Of a stretch of 64,000 bases of DNA, positions 22,129 to 31,416 are shown piece after piece. Each line of letters starts with the position of its first letter. The first letter of the stretch is position 1. The stretch covers positions 96,001-160,000 of the forward strand of contig CAVXTP010000022.1 in NCBI GenBank assembly GCA_963764715.1. The letters are read 5' to 3'. Origin of the DNA: an uncultured Acidobacteriota bacterium (lineage in GTDB: Bacteria; Acidobacteriota; Thermoanaerobaculia; UBA5066; Gp7-AA6). The position numbers and the translations under genes are program-made. Below the pieces are notes generated by a model, which had not been told where the DNA came from, ran no database searches, and saw only the letters and a program-made list of their open reading frames with translations.

Positions 22129-22171
22129 GGCAGGCCTCCCTGAGGTTGGACGCGGGGCCCGGAGTCCGGGA

Positions 22172-22669
22172 TTACTTGCGCGCCTTGAGGTTCTGTTCGA
22201 GGACCTTCTTCCAGCTCTCCTCGTAAGCCGGGTCGTAGCCGACGTACCGGCCGACGAGGGTTCGGTCGGTCCCCAGGATGAACGTGGAGGGGATTCCCAT
22301 CGCCGTCAGAGGCCCGGCGTCTTCGGGAGCCGCGTAGTAGACCGGAAGGGAGATGTTGAACTGCTTGAGGAAGGGGGACACGCGGCGACGGTCGGCGTCG
22401 ACGTTGACCGCGAGGACCACGAAGTTCCGGTCGCTGAAGGTGTCGTACATCCGCTGAACGCTCGGCAGCTCCTTCTTGCAGGGCCCGCACCAGGTCGCCC
22501 AGACGTTCAGGAGAACGACGTTGCCCTTGAGCTCCGAGAGCCGGACGCTGCCGCCTTCGGCGCCCACGAACTCCAGGTCCGGGAAGACCGGGGGCGTCGA
22601 CGAGGACTGGGCGAGGGCGGCGGAAGCGAACGCGGCGGACACAGCGAGGGCGGCGAGAGTCGTGCGCAT
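22172..22669 (-). CDS. TlpA-family thiol:disulfide oxidoreductase
   Basis: LNVWATWCGPCKKELP; cis-Pro loop GIPSTF. Confidence 0.93.
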   Translation of the reverse strand: MRTTLAALAVSAAFASAALAQSSSTPPVFPDLEFVGAEGGSVRLSELKGNVVLLNVWATWCGPCKKELPSVQRMYDTFSDRNFVVLAVNVDADRRRVSPFLKQFNISLPVYYAAPEDAGPLTAMGIPSTFILGTDRTLVGRYVGYDPAYEESWKKVLEQNLKARK

Positions 22670-22810
22670 TCGGTTCAGCGAACGGCCCGGGAAGGCCGAT
22701 TATTCCGTCGCATGGGCCGCTTCAGGATAGCAGGTCGGTCCCGGGCGGCCGGCGCCGGAGGACCGACGGAAGGAGCGCGCCGGCGCGTCCTGACCTCATA
22801 ATGGGCGGCC

Positions 22811-23866
22811 ATGGCCAAGGCCCCTCCGATCCTCGCGCGCGTCTTTCGGGGCCCGCGCGTCGAATCGGCGCACCGGGGGATGGTGGCCGTCGTCGACGAG
22901 CGCGGAACGCTGCTCGACGCCTGCGGCGACGCCGCCGTTCCGGTCTTCACGCGGTCGGCCGCCAAGCCCTTTCAGACGATGCCGCTGCTCGAGGCCGGGG
23001 GCGAGAAAGCGTTTCGCCTCGGGGACGACGAGATCGCCCTGGCGTGCGCCTCGCATGGCGGTGAGCCGCGTCACGTGCGCGTGGCCCGGGCGATGCTCCG
23101 CAAGGGAGGCTTCCGCGAGTCGGACCTCGAGTGCGGAGCGCATGCTCCCATGGACGAAGGCTCCGCGCGCGAGCTCGTCCGTCGCGGCGACGAGCCTTCG
23201 GCCCTCCACAACAACTGCTCCGGGAAGCACGCCGCGCTGCTGCTGGCCTGTCGTCTTCTCGGCCTGCCCGCCGAAGGCTACGTCGAGCCGGGGCACCCGC
23301 TGCAGCGTCGGATCCGCGCGACCGTCGCGCGCTACGCGGGAATTCCGGAATCGCAGATCGTCGACGCGGTCGACGGCTGCAGCCTGCCGGTCTTCCGGCT
23401 TCCGCTCGCGGCGCTCGCCGGCGCCTACGCCCGGCTCCTCGCCGCGCGGCTGCCCGGCGAGGAGCGGGCGAGCGCCGCGGCGAGGGCGCGCATCGTGCGC
23501 GCGATGGTCCGGAGCCCGTTCATGGTCGCCGGCACCGGCCGCTTCACGACGGACTTCCTGGAGGCCGGCCGCGGCCGCTGGATCGGCAAGGAGGGGGCCG
23601 AGGGCGTCTATGCCGTGGGCCTCGCGCCGTCCCCGGGCGGCCGCGCCGTCGGCATCGCTTTCAAGATCGAGGACGGCTCGTCCCGGCCCCGCGATGCCGT
23701 GACCCTGGAGATTCTGTCCCGCCTCGGCCGGCTGCCGCAGGAGACGCGGCGCGCTCTCGGCGCCTATGCCGAGCCGCGCGTCCTCAACGCGCGCGGCCTC
23801 GACGTCGGACGCGTCGAGGCGGAGGTTCCCCTCGCGGCGATGCGCCCGAAAGCGCGCAGGAAATAA
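22811..23866 (+). CDS. L-asparaginase II family (Rhizobium etli-type)
   Basis: RSAAKPFQ, SHGGE, NNCSGKH, DGC and KEGAEG motifs. Confidence 0.9.
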   Translation: MAKAPPILARVFRGPRVESAHRGMVAVVDERGTLLDACGDAAVPVFTRSAAKPFQTMPLLEAGGEKAFRLGDDEIALACASHGGEPRHVRVARAMLRKGGFRESDLECGAHAPMDEGSARELVRRGDEPSALHNNCSGKHAALLLACRLLGLPAEGYVEPGHPLQRRIRATVARYAGIPESQIVDAVDGCSLPVFRLPLAALAGAYARLLAARLPGEERASAAARARIVRAMVRSPFMVAGTGRFTTDFLEAGRGRWIGKEGAEGVYAVGLAPSPGGRAVGIAFKIEDGSSRPRDAVTLEILSRLGRLPQETRRALGAYAEPRVLNARGLDVGRVEAEVPLAAMRPKARRK

Positions 23867-25329
23867 TGGCGTACCGCGACCTGTCGGCCTTTCTCGCGGC
23901 GCTCGAGCGCGACGGCGAGCTCGTGCGGATCCGCGAGCGCGTTTCGCCGCGCCTCGAGATCTCCGAGATCGCCGACCGCGCGGTCAAGAGCGGCGGACCC
24001 GCGCTTCTCTTCGAGAACGTCGAGGGCTCGTCCATCCCGGTCGCGATAAACACGTTTGCCTCCCGCCGCCGGATGCTCAAGGCCCTCGAGCTCTCCTCGT
24101 GGGAGGAGTGGGACGAGCGCCTCGAGTTCTTTCTGGACCCGAAGCCGCCCGATGGGATCCTCGGGAAGCTGAAGGCGATCCCGCGGGTCACCGAGCTCGC
24201 CTCGGTCTTCCCGAAGACCGTGCGGGGCGGCTCCTGCCAGGAGGTCGTGACGACCGGCGACGCCGTCGACCTCGGGACGCTCCCGGTCCTGACCTGCTGG
24301 CCGCAGGACGCGGGGCCCTTCGTCACGATGCCGCTCGTCGTGACGAAAGACCCGGTCTCCGGCAAGACCAACGTCGGGATGTACCGCATGCAGGTCTACG
24401 ACCGGAACACGACCGGCATGCACTGGCAGAAGCACAAGGACGGCGCGGGACAGGCCCGGGGCTACGCTCGCGAGGGCCGGCGCATGGAGGCGGCCGTCGC
24501 GATCGGCTGCGACCCGGCGACGGTGTTCTCGGCGATCGCGCCGCTGCCGCCGGGCGTCTCGGAGTTCCTCTTCGCCGGCTTCCTGCGCGGCGAGGCGGTG
24601 CCCCTGACCCCGGCGAAGACGGTCGACCTCCTCGTTCCCGCGGAAGCCGAGATCGTCCTCGAGGGCTACGTCGACCCGGAGGAGCGCCGGCGCGAGGGGC
24701 CCTTCGGCGACCACACCGGCTTCTACTCGCTCGACGACGACTTCCCGGTCTTCCACGTGACCGCGCTGACGCGGCGCGCCCGGCCGACGTACCTGGCGAC
24801 GATCGTCGGGCGGCCGCCGATGGAGGACGGCTTCATGGGGGAGGCGGTCGAGCGGCTCTTCCTCCCGCTCGTCAAAAAGACGATTCCCGAGATCGTCGAC
24901 ATGCACCTTCCCGTCGAAGGCATCTTCCACAACCTGATGATCGTCGCGATCGACAAGCGGTACCCGGGGCACGCCCGGAAGACCATGCACGCCATCTGGG
25001 GCACCGGCCAGATGATGTTCACCAAGACGATCGTGGTCGTCGACCGCGACGTCGACGTGCGCGGAGGCAAGGAGCTTCTCTGGCGGGCCCTCGCGTCGAT
25101 CGACCCCGAGCGCGACCTCGAGATCGTCCGGGGCCCCGTCGACGAGCTCGACTTCGCGTCGAGCCGGCCCTGCTACGGCGGCAAGGTCGGCATCGACGCG
25201 ACCCGCAAGTGGAAGGAAGAGGGATTCGACCGCCGGTGGCCCGACGAGATCGTCATGAGCGAGGAGGTCCGGCGGAAGATCGACGCCCTCTGGCCGTCCC
25301 TGGGGGTCCGGCCGCTCCGCACCGACTGA
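23866..25329 (+). CDS. UbiD-family decarboxylase (menaquinone/futalosine pathway type)
   Basis: GPALLFE, NVGMYRMQ, EGPFGDHTGFY, GRPPMED and GIDATRK motifs. Confidence 0.92.
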   Translation: MAYRDLSAFLAALERDGELVRIRERVSPRLEISEIADRAVKSGGPALLFENVEGSSIPVAINTFASRRRMLKALELSSWEEWDERLEFFLDPKPPDGILGKLKAIPRVTELASVFPKTVRGGSCQEVVTTGDAVDLGTLPVLTCWPQDAGPFVTMPLVVTKDPVSGKTNVGMYRMQVYDRNTTGMHWQKHKDGAGQARGYAREGRRMEAAVAIGCDPATVFSAIAPLPPGVSEFLFAGFLRGEAVPLTPAKTVDLLVPAEAEIVLEGYVDPEERRREGPFGDHTGFYSLDDDFPVFHVTALTRRARPTYLATIVGRPPMEDGFMGEAVERLFLPLVKKTIPEIVDMHLPVEGIFHNLMIVAIDKRYPGHARKTMHAIWGTGQMMFTKTIVVVDRDVDVRGGKELLWRALASIDPERDLEIVRGPVDELDFASSRPCYGGKVGIDATRKWKEEGFDRRWPDEIVMSEEVRRKIDALWPSLGVRPLRTD

Positions 25330-25369
25330 TCCGGCGTCGGGGGGCGGGTGTAGAATTCGACGTTCGCAC

Positions 25370-26602
25370 ATGAGAGTGCTCGTCCTCGACCCCGACGCCT
25401 CGTCCCGCGACGCCCTCCGGCAGGGCTTCTCGTCCGCCGGGGCGTCGGTGCGGGTGTTCGCGGAACCGCTCGAGGCCGAGCGGGCCGTCGGCGCCTTCGA
25501 GCCGGATGTCGTCGTCGCCGCGCTCGACGCGGAAGGCGCCGCCACCGGCTGGATCGATCGCCTGCGCTCCGACGGTTCCGGCCGGATCGTCTATGCCCTG
25601 GTCGACCGGGCCGAGCTCGATCGCGGAATCGCCTCCGGCGCTCACGATTTCCTGTGGCGGCCGGTGTCCGCCGCCCGGGTCGCACAGCTCCATGCCGCGG
25701 CCGAAACGCTCCGGCTCCGCGACTCGGAGAACGAGGCGACCCGCCTCAAGCTCGTGCGCGCGGACCTGCGGGAGTCGCTGCCCGGCCGCTCGCCGCGCTG
25801 GACGGCCGCAATGGCGTCGATCGAGCGCGCCGCGGCGTCGAACGCCTCGGTCCTGCTGACGGGCGAGCGCGGCACCGAGAAGGATGCGGCGGCTCTCGCC
25901 GTCCACCGTCTCTCGCGCCGCGGGTCCGGCCGCTTCGCGTACATCTCGGAGGGGGAGCTGCTCGAGCTCGCCGTCCGCCAGACGGGCCTCGGGACCCTCT
26001 TCCTGCCCAACGTCGAGACGACGTCCGCGGCGTTCCAGGAGGCGCTCCTGGCCCGCGTCGCCTCCGCGGGCTCGACGCGCTTCGTCATCGGTCTCGACGA
26101 GGACCCGCGCGAGGCCCTCGAGGCCGGACGGCTCCTGCGGCCCCTCCGCGAGGCCCTCGCCGACGAGCCGGTGCATCTTCCGCCGCTGCGCGAGCGGGAA
26201 GGCGACGTGGCGATCCTCGCCCGCCGGTTTCTCGAGGAGCTCGACCCGTCGCTCTCCTTCGACGCCGACGCCCTCGACGTGCTTCAGGCCCACGACTGGT
26301 CGGGCAACACGAACGAGCTCAAGGACTCCGTCCGCCGCGCGGCCCGTGTCGCCGAGGGCGTCATCGGCCCGACGAGCGTCCGCTCCGTCCTCGGGCGCCC
26401 GCTGCCGCGAACGCGGCTCCGCCGCCGCAAGCCCCCGGTCGTCAAGATCGCCGTGGGCGACTCGCTCGCCGACGTCGAGCGCCGCCTGATCTCGAAGACG
26501 CTGGAGTTCGCGCGGGGCAACAAGAAGAAGACCGCGGAGCTCCTGAAGCTCTCGCTCAAGACGATCTACAACAAGATCAAGGAATACGGCCTCGAGCACT
26601 GA
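25370..26602 (+). CDS. Degenerate NtrC-like regulator (pseudo-receiver + degenerate AAA+ + Fis HTH)
   Basis: LPPLREREGDV, WSGNTNEL and GNKKKTAELLKLSLKTIYNKIKEY are retained; Walker A/B and GAFTGA are degenerate or absent. Confidence 0.85.
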   Translation: MRVLVLDPDASSRDALRQGFSSAGASVRVFAEPLEAERAVGAFEPDVVVAALDAEGAATGWIDRLRSDGSGRIVYALVDRAELDRGIASGAHDFLWRPVSAARVAQLHAAAETLRLRDSENEATRLKLVRADLRESLPGRSPRWTAAMASIERAAASNASVLLTGERGTEKDAAALAVHRLSRRGSGRFAYISEGELLELAVRQTGLGTLFLPNVETTSAAFQEALLARVASAGSTRFVIGLDEDPREALEAGRLLRPLREALADEPVHLPPLREREGDVAILARRFLEELDPSLSFDADALDVLQAHDWSGNTNELKDSVRRAARVAEGVIGPTSVRSVLGRPLPRTRLRRRKPPVVKIAVGDSLADVERRLISKTLEFARGNKKKTAELLKLSLKTIYNKIKEYGLEH

Positions 26603-26627
26603 GCCGGCCCGGGAGGGCCGCGAGCTC

Positions 26628-26713
26628 TGGTGCCGGAGGCCGGACTCGAACCGGCACGCCCTTGCGAGCGGGGGATTTTGAGTCCCCTGCGTCTGCCATT
26701 CCGCCACTCCGGC
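26628..26713 (-). tRNA. tRNA-Leu(CAA)
   Basis: GCCGGAGTGGCGGAATGGCAGACGCAGGGGACT-CAA-AATCCCC, long variable arm, GGTTCGAGTCC T-loop, acceptor stem and encoded CCA. Confidence 0.97.
26673..26713. repeat. att core, left copy (5' half of tRNA-Leu)
   Basis: ggattttgagtcccctgcgtctgccattccgccactccggc, identical to 49338-49378. Confidence 0.95.
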
Positions 26714-26724
26714 GACGGGACGCA

Positions 26725-26730
26725 AGAATA
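26725..26730 (-). promoter_or_regulatory. Putative element-encoded -10 box (TATTCT) for the intact tRNA
   Basis: 11 nt upstream of the tRNA 5' end, the same spacing as TATCCT upstream of the displaced 5' half at 49390-49395. Confidence 0.6.
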
Positions 26731-26786
26731 CTCCAAACCCTTTGCTTGCTGAACGTTCGGTGCGCGTCCCGTCCCCTCACCCATGA

Positions 26787-28004
26787 CTAGAGGGCCTGTC
26801 GTTCCGTCGCTGTGGCCTTTGGCGTGGCCTCTTGGCGGAAATCCACCACGTTGCCCGTCACTTCAGGGCCGTCAATCAGGCTTGCCGCTCGGTTAGCGGC
26901 CTCCCGGACGGCATCCAGCTGGGGGCGGACGTATAGCCCGGTTACGTCGAGTGCCGCGTGGCCGAGGAAGGCCCTGGCAACGGCGTAGGACGAGCAGGAT
27001 TCAACCCGTGTGGCTGCGGTTTTCCTAAGGTCGTGGAACCGGGGACGCTTTTCTCCGGGCTTGGCGGGCTTCCAGACCGCTTCGACCGCCCGGCTGAAGC
27101 TGTGCTCGATCGTTGATGCGCTGACGGCCCTGCCGTCGTTCCGTCGAAAAACGAAGGCATCCGGATCGCTCCCGTGCTCCGCCTGATGCGCGAGGACTGC
27201 CATCGCCGCCTGTCCGAGAGCGACGTCCCTAGCCTTCTTGGCCTTGGCGTAGCGCTCTTCGACTGTCGCGGTGTGCTGTTCGAGGCTAACGCTCCGCCAA
27301 CGCAGGGTGATGATCTCGTTAAGTCGCATCCCGCTGTGAACGGCGAACCGCACGAAGAGGAGAGAGTCCGCCGACACGGAGTCGTAGATTGCTCGAAGCT
27401 CGCCTGGCTTGAAGATGTACCCACGCTCGCCGCGGGCGAACATCCGCTTGCGATCGGCACGGCTGGTCTCTTCGAACGGCGATGACGCGATACCGGTCTT
27501 GCGCTTGTTCTCTCGTCCCCAGTTGTAGGCCCTCCGAAGCAAAGCGAACGCCTTGCGCCGGGAGTCTGGAGCCGGCGGGGGACTTGCGCCTTCGAGCTTG
27601 CATGCCATATCGCGTAGATCTTCGGCGGTGAGGCGATCGGCACGACGCGATGCGTCGAGTGAGGCTTTTATCCGTGCAGTGGTAGACCGATCTGTACGCC
27701 AAGAGCGCTTGGCTCCGGGCTGCTCCGCCAAGTTCTCTCGATCGAACTCGCGAGATTCAGCCTTTAGGTAGAGATCAAGAAGACGATCCACCGAGGGCGG
27801 GTCTGGCAGATCCTCTAGGATGCCGCTTCGCTTCTGAGCCAGCCGGGCTAGCTCAGCGTCGCGAATGCGCCGAGCTGCAGCAATCTCAGACTTGGGACAT
27901 CCGGTCGTCTTGCGGAACCTTCGCCCTTCAGATCTAACGCAGACCCACCAGGTACCGCCTCGGAGAACGAGGTTGCGATCGGTCGTCGGTCTCTTTCGCT
28001 TCAT
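26787..28004 (-). CDS. Tyrosine recombinase / integrase
   Basis: N-terminal arm-binding-like region; catalytic R (GMRLNEI), K, HDLR, LGH and Y (GLYV) all present; ATG overlaps the stop of the upstream RHH gene. Confidence 0.95.
   Translation of the reverse strand: MKRKRPTTDRNLVLRGGTWWVCVRSEGRRFRKTTGCPKSEIAAARRIRDAELARLAQKRSGILEDLPDPPSVDRLLDLYLKAESREFDRENLAEQPGAKRSWRTDRSTTARIKASLDASRRADRLTAEDLRDMACKLEGASPPPAPDSRRKAFALLRRAYNWGRENKRKTGIASSPFEETSRADRKRMFARGERGYIFKPGELRAIYDSVSADSLLFVRFAVHSGMRLNEIITLRWRSVSLEQHTATVEERYAKAKKARDVALGQAAMAVLAHQAEHGSDPDAFVFRRNDGRAVSASTIEHSFSRAVEAVWKPAKPGEKRPRFHDLRKTAATRVESCSSYAVARAFLGHAALDVTGLYVRPQLDAVREAANRAASLIDGPEVTGNVVDFRQEATPKATATERQAL
26809..26832 (+). repeat. Putative integrase arm-type site (tandem 12-bp unit), left copy, inside the integrase 3' end
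   Basis: gctgtggcctttggcgtggcctct matches 49185-49208 at 23/24 positions. Confidence 0.7.
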
Positions 28005-28147
28005 TGCTTGCCTCCTTTCTTCGGCTTGAGGCCGAGGTATGCCGTGAGCGCTGCGGCTATCACGTCTTGAAGGTTGGTCTTTTCCTGTGCCGCCCGGATC
28101 TTCGCGGCGGTCCAGACTTCCTCCGGGATCTCGATCGATGTCCTCAC
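28001..28147 (-). CDS. Small ribbon-helix-helix (CopG/ParG-like) protein
   Basis: MRTSIEIPEEVWTAAKIRAAQEKTNLQDVIAAAL RHH pattern; GAGGGG SD before GTG 28147 (alternative leaderless ATG at 28186); ATGA-coupled to the integrase. Confidence 0.8.
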   Translation of the reverse strand: MRTSIEIPEEVWTAAKIRAAQEKTNLQDVIAAALTAYLGLKPKKGGKQ

Positions 28148-28248
28148 AGTCGTCACCCCCTCTCGTTTCCACGTAGATGCTTTCATGCGTAAGATTGTAC
28201 GTGCTCAGCAGTGGGAGGGCAAACGATGGTCAGGACTCCCGGTGAGGC

Positions 28249-30198
28249 TTAGAGAGCCCGGATGCCGTCGTAAAGCTCTGTCTGTCCCGCGTTTACGATT
28301 GCTTCTACTTCGGGGTCCGCGTTGGCTTCTGGCTTCGCGGCCTTGATCTTCGAATAGAGGTGGAAGGTTCGGGCATGGGCCCTGGAGAGGAGCTGGTCGT
28401 AGTCCAGAGGAATGATCTTGGTCAGGTCTCCTTCTCCAAGCCTCGTGACTTCGACGCCAGATTCGATCTTGGCGCCGAGCACGTATGCGACGACGTGTGT
28501 CGTCGGCTGGACCTTCTTGGCAGTTCGGAGTTCTTTGCAGTAGTCCCTAGCCTGATCAATCTCCTTTTGTCTGACCAGAAACCCGCCCTTTTTCAATTCA
28601 ACAACCAAGACTTTTCGGTATCCGAGGGCTTCGCCTTGGTCGTCGTAGTCGTCAGCGGAATAAGGCGCGATCGACGCCTCGGGCAAGGCTACGAAGTCCG
28701 CTCGCCTTTGTGACGCGTCGGCGTCCGACAAGCCGAAGAACGATCGGATGACGGTGGCCATCGACCGGTTCGATCTGAAGTCGACCGCCTCGTATTCGGG
28801 ACCGAACATCCAGAGTCCGCGCTCAAAAAGTGGCTGAAGGTCGTGGAGCTCGTCGGCCTTGGCATCGTGAACTAGCCGTTGGATATCCTCGATGAGCTTC
28901 AGGCGTCGGCCAAGCTCACCTAAGACAATTTCCGCATCTTGGGCACTCCATTCCGACATCAGGCTGTTCCAAGTGTCGAGGTCATCCGGTGAACAAGCCA
29001 CCAATCTTTCCAAGAGGTCGTACCCGCTACGGGCCTGTTCTAGTCGCGCGAGAATTTCGACCGTTCTCGAAAGGTCTCCCTGGGACAGGCTGGGGCACTT
29101 CTGCAAAGCCTGATCGATAAACTGTCCAACGACCCGCCTCGACATCGGAGGCAACCCCTTTAGTGCCTTTCGATGTGCTTCGAGCGCCTCGAGCTTCCTC
29201 TCCTTGCGTGATGCCGACAGGAGGGAGTCCAGCCTGTCAATCACTGCCTCCCGGACCGCTCCCGTCACTTCCTGCACTCGCTTGCTCGGATGGAAGTCGC
29301 TCCAGTCTGACTTGACTTCTTCCTTCAGGAGGTCCGCCTCAACCACGAAACTGAATCGCTTCGCGGGAGCCGTGCGTCCGTCTAAGATCGAACCCTTTCC
29401 ATCCAGGCCGCGCCACGATGGTTGGCCTACCATCCGACGGTTGACCCAGTAGGTAATCCCGCGAAGTCCGGTCGTTCGATCCTCGCTAGCGCCATCGACC
29501 TGATGAATCGTTACCGTTCCGTGGCCGGGAATCTCCAGCTCGCTTGTAACGACATTCTCCAATCCTACGAGCCGAAGCTCTTGGCCGTTGACGATAATCT
29601 TGAAGTCCGGGTCTACCAGAAACTTGGAGCCGACCGCTTCTCGTACGGCGTCGACTGGCAGGACCGCACGACTAACCTTCGCGCGGATTGCGGTCCCATG
29701 CCCGCTGCGGGGAGAAGCTTCTGACGCCTCACAATGGAACGGCTCCGTTTCAGCGTTCGTGATGGAAACGATTGCCTTGAGTGCAGAGCCGTCGCGCCAA
29801 GTTTCGATTTCGTAGGCGTCCGCGAAGCAAAAGGCGCCATGGCGACCCTTTCCGGTCTGCCCAAAGGCCAGCCTGTCTTTTCGCTTCGCTCGGGAGTCGG
29901 CCGGGAACTCCGCCTTTTCGCCCTGTTCGTCTCTCCGGTTGTAAGACAGGGTTTTCCAGCGGGCGTCGAACTGCTCTTCCGTCATGCCCGTACCGTTGTC
30001 GGTGATTTCGAAGGTTTCGCTGACTTCTTCGGGCCACTTGATGCGAACCTCGTTCGCCCCGGCGTCATAAGCGTTTGCAATCAACTCCACCACGGCAACC
30101 CTAGGGTCGGTCATGATGAAGCCGGCGTGATCACGGAGGAAGTTTGGGCCGAACCGGAATGAACTCTCTTCGAAGAGCTTGCCGCTAGGTCTAGCCAT
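28249..30198 (-). CDS. GHKL (MORC/Hsp90-like) ATPase fused to a PD-(D/E)xK nuclease (Shedu-like); candidate anti-phage protein
   Basis: ELIANAYDA, DNGTGM, GQTGKG and GT GHKL boxes; C-terminal LQPLFERGLWMFG..RADF..VVELKK..QARDY nuclease pattern. Confidence 0.8.
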   Translation of the reverse strand: MARPSGKLFEESSFRFGPNFLRDHAGFIMTDPRVAVVELIANAYDAGANEVRIKWPEEVSETFEITDNGTGMTEEQFDARWKTLSYNRRDEQGEKAEFPADSRAKRKDRLAFGQTGKGRHGAFCFADAYEIETWRDGSALKAIVSITNAETEPFHCEASEASPRSGHGTAIRAKVSRAVLPVDAVREAVGSKFLVDPDFKIIVNGQELRLVGLENVVTSELEIPGHGTVTIHQVDGASEDRTTGLRGITYWVNRRMVGQPSWRGLDGKGSILDGRTAPAKRFSFVVEADLLKEEVKSDWSDFHPSKRVQEVTGAVREAVIDRLDSLLSASRKERKLEALEAHRKALKGLPPMSRRVVGQFIDQALQKCPSLSQGDLSRTVEILARLEQARSGYDLLERLVACSPDDLDTWNSLMSEWSAQDAEIVLGELGRRLKLIEDIQRLVHDAKADELHDLQPLFERGLWMFGPEYEAVDFRSNRSMATVIRSFFGLSDADASQRRADFVALPEASIAPYSADDYDDQGEALGYRKVLVVELKKGGFLVRQKEIDQARDYCKELRTAKKVQPTTHVVAYVLGAKIESGVEVTRLGEGDLTKIIPLDYDQLLSRAHARTFHLYSKIKAAKPEANADPEVEAIVNAGQTELYDGIRAL

Positions 30199-30239
30199 GG
30201 TCGGTTGGGGCTCAGGTTACTACTCGTTGGACCCCGAAC

Positions 30240-30258
30240 GGCCACGCCAGAGGCCACA
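30240..30258 (-). repeat. Internal inverted copy of the arm-type motif
   Basis: Reverse complement tgtggcctctggcgtggcc is identical (19/19) to 49187-49205. Confidence 0.75.
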
Positions 30259-30321
30259 TTCAGCTTCGGGGCATGCGGAATTCGCCCCAGGCCGCCTCTT
30301 TCGGAGAGCTGCATGGGACTT

Positions 30322-30534
30322 CTAGTCCTTCGTTCGCCGTCGGGAGGCCAGAAATGCCTCCAAGTCGCCCACCGAGAAGAGCATCTTGCGTCCGACCCGG
30401 TAATAGGGCAGTTCTCGACGGAGGGCGAACTCCCGGACGCCCTGAGGCCGAATCCTCAGCCTCTCCGCCACCTCGAAGCTAGTCAGCAAGCGATCGCTCG
30501 GAGTAGCGGCCAGCAATCGAGTCGAGCTAGCCAC
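30322..30534 (-). CDS. Excisionase-like HTH_17 DNA-binding protein
   Basis: LLTSFEVAERLRI...ELPYYRVGRKMLFSVGDLEAFL; GAGGAGG SD before GTG 30534. Confidence 0.85.
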   Translation of the reverse strand: MASSTRLLAATPSDRLLTSFEVAERLRIRPQGVREFALRRELPYYRVGRKMLFSVGDLEAFLASRRRTKD

Positions 30535-30641
30535 GGTCCGAAACCTCCTCTGTCGCCACTGGAAATGCGGGAAATCCGTCCAGCGCTTCCTCGATGAGCG
30601 AGGTGTAGAGGGTTCCAATTCCGCGCCCACCGCCTTCGAAC

Positions 30642-31001
30642 TCAGCCACGAAGTTCCTCCCAGGGCGAGGGCCCGGATGCCAGGCGTTCGAAGTCAGCTG
30701 CCGCCCCCAAGTCGCCGGCGGCCATCTGAAGGAGGATTTCAAAGACGATCCGGGCGGCCTCGAGCGTCGGCGGCTCCATGTCCGTGTACGGGAAGGCGAC
30801 GTACCGAGCCGCGTGTCTGATCTCATCCGAAGACGGGAACTTGCAGCCGATCGGCGAAACTGGCCCAACTCCGTTCACGCCACCGTCGGTCAGGAGCCTC
30901 TGGCCAACGTCCGTCGAGAGGGGCGATCTCGCGTATTGCCCCCGCGCAACTATCGATAATGCGCCGAGGCGAAACTTCGGGTACTTCCGAGCACTACTCA
31001 A
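30642..31001 (-). CDS. Hypothetical protein
   Basis: Open frame in the co-directional operon; TTG start overlaps the upstream stop; start uncertain. Confidence 0.5.
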   Translation of the reverse strand: MSSARKYPKFRLGALSIVARGQYARSPLSTDVGQRLLTDGGVNGVGPVSPIGCKFPSSDEIRHAARYVAFPYTDMEPPTLEAARIVFEILLQMAAGDLGAAADFERLASGPSPWEELRG

Positions 31002-31416
31002 GCGATGAACCCTGTTCCCTGTAGATTCGCGCGACCCGAAACCAGCAGCCAGGGTGACCAGCTTCGTGAGTGTCCTCCCTGCTGATCGCGCATCTCTCCA
31101 CGCAGGCGTGTGGGATCTGCCAGACGGGACGGTCGCCATGGAAGGCCAAGGTCCCAAACAGGTCACCGCTTTCGATCAGGGCCTTGGTCTGCCGGCGGGA
31201 CAGGCAGAGCAGCCAAGCGGCTTCGCCGAGGTTGAGAGGGTCTGGCAGTCCAGGCGTGCGCCGGCGGTCCCTAGAGATCCGCAGCCGCACCTCGCTGGAC
31301 CCGGCTCCGGCATGGTAGTAGCCGTTAGCTGCACGGAGCGCCTCCTCGAGCGTCAGACACTGCGGCGCGATCGTTCGTGTCCACGGGATCACTCGACGAA
31401 AGCCGGGGCCGCTCAT
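30994..31416 (-). CDS. Hypothetical protein with C-terminal excisionase-like HTH
   Basis: LNLGEAAWLLCLSRRQTKALIESGDLFG...WQIPHACVE resembles HTH_17. Confidence 0.65.
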   Translation of the reverse strand: MSGPGFRRVIPWTRTIAPQCLTLEEALRAANGYYHAGAGSSEVRLRISRDRRRTPGLPDPLNLGEAAWLLCLSRRQTKALIESGDLFGTLAFHGDRPVWQIPHACVERCAISREDTHEAGHPGCWFRVARIYREQGSSLE

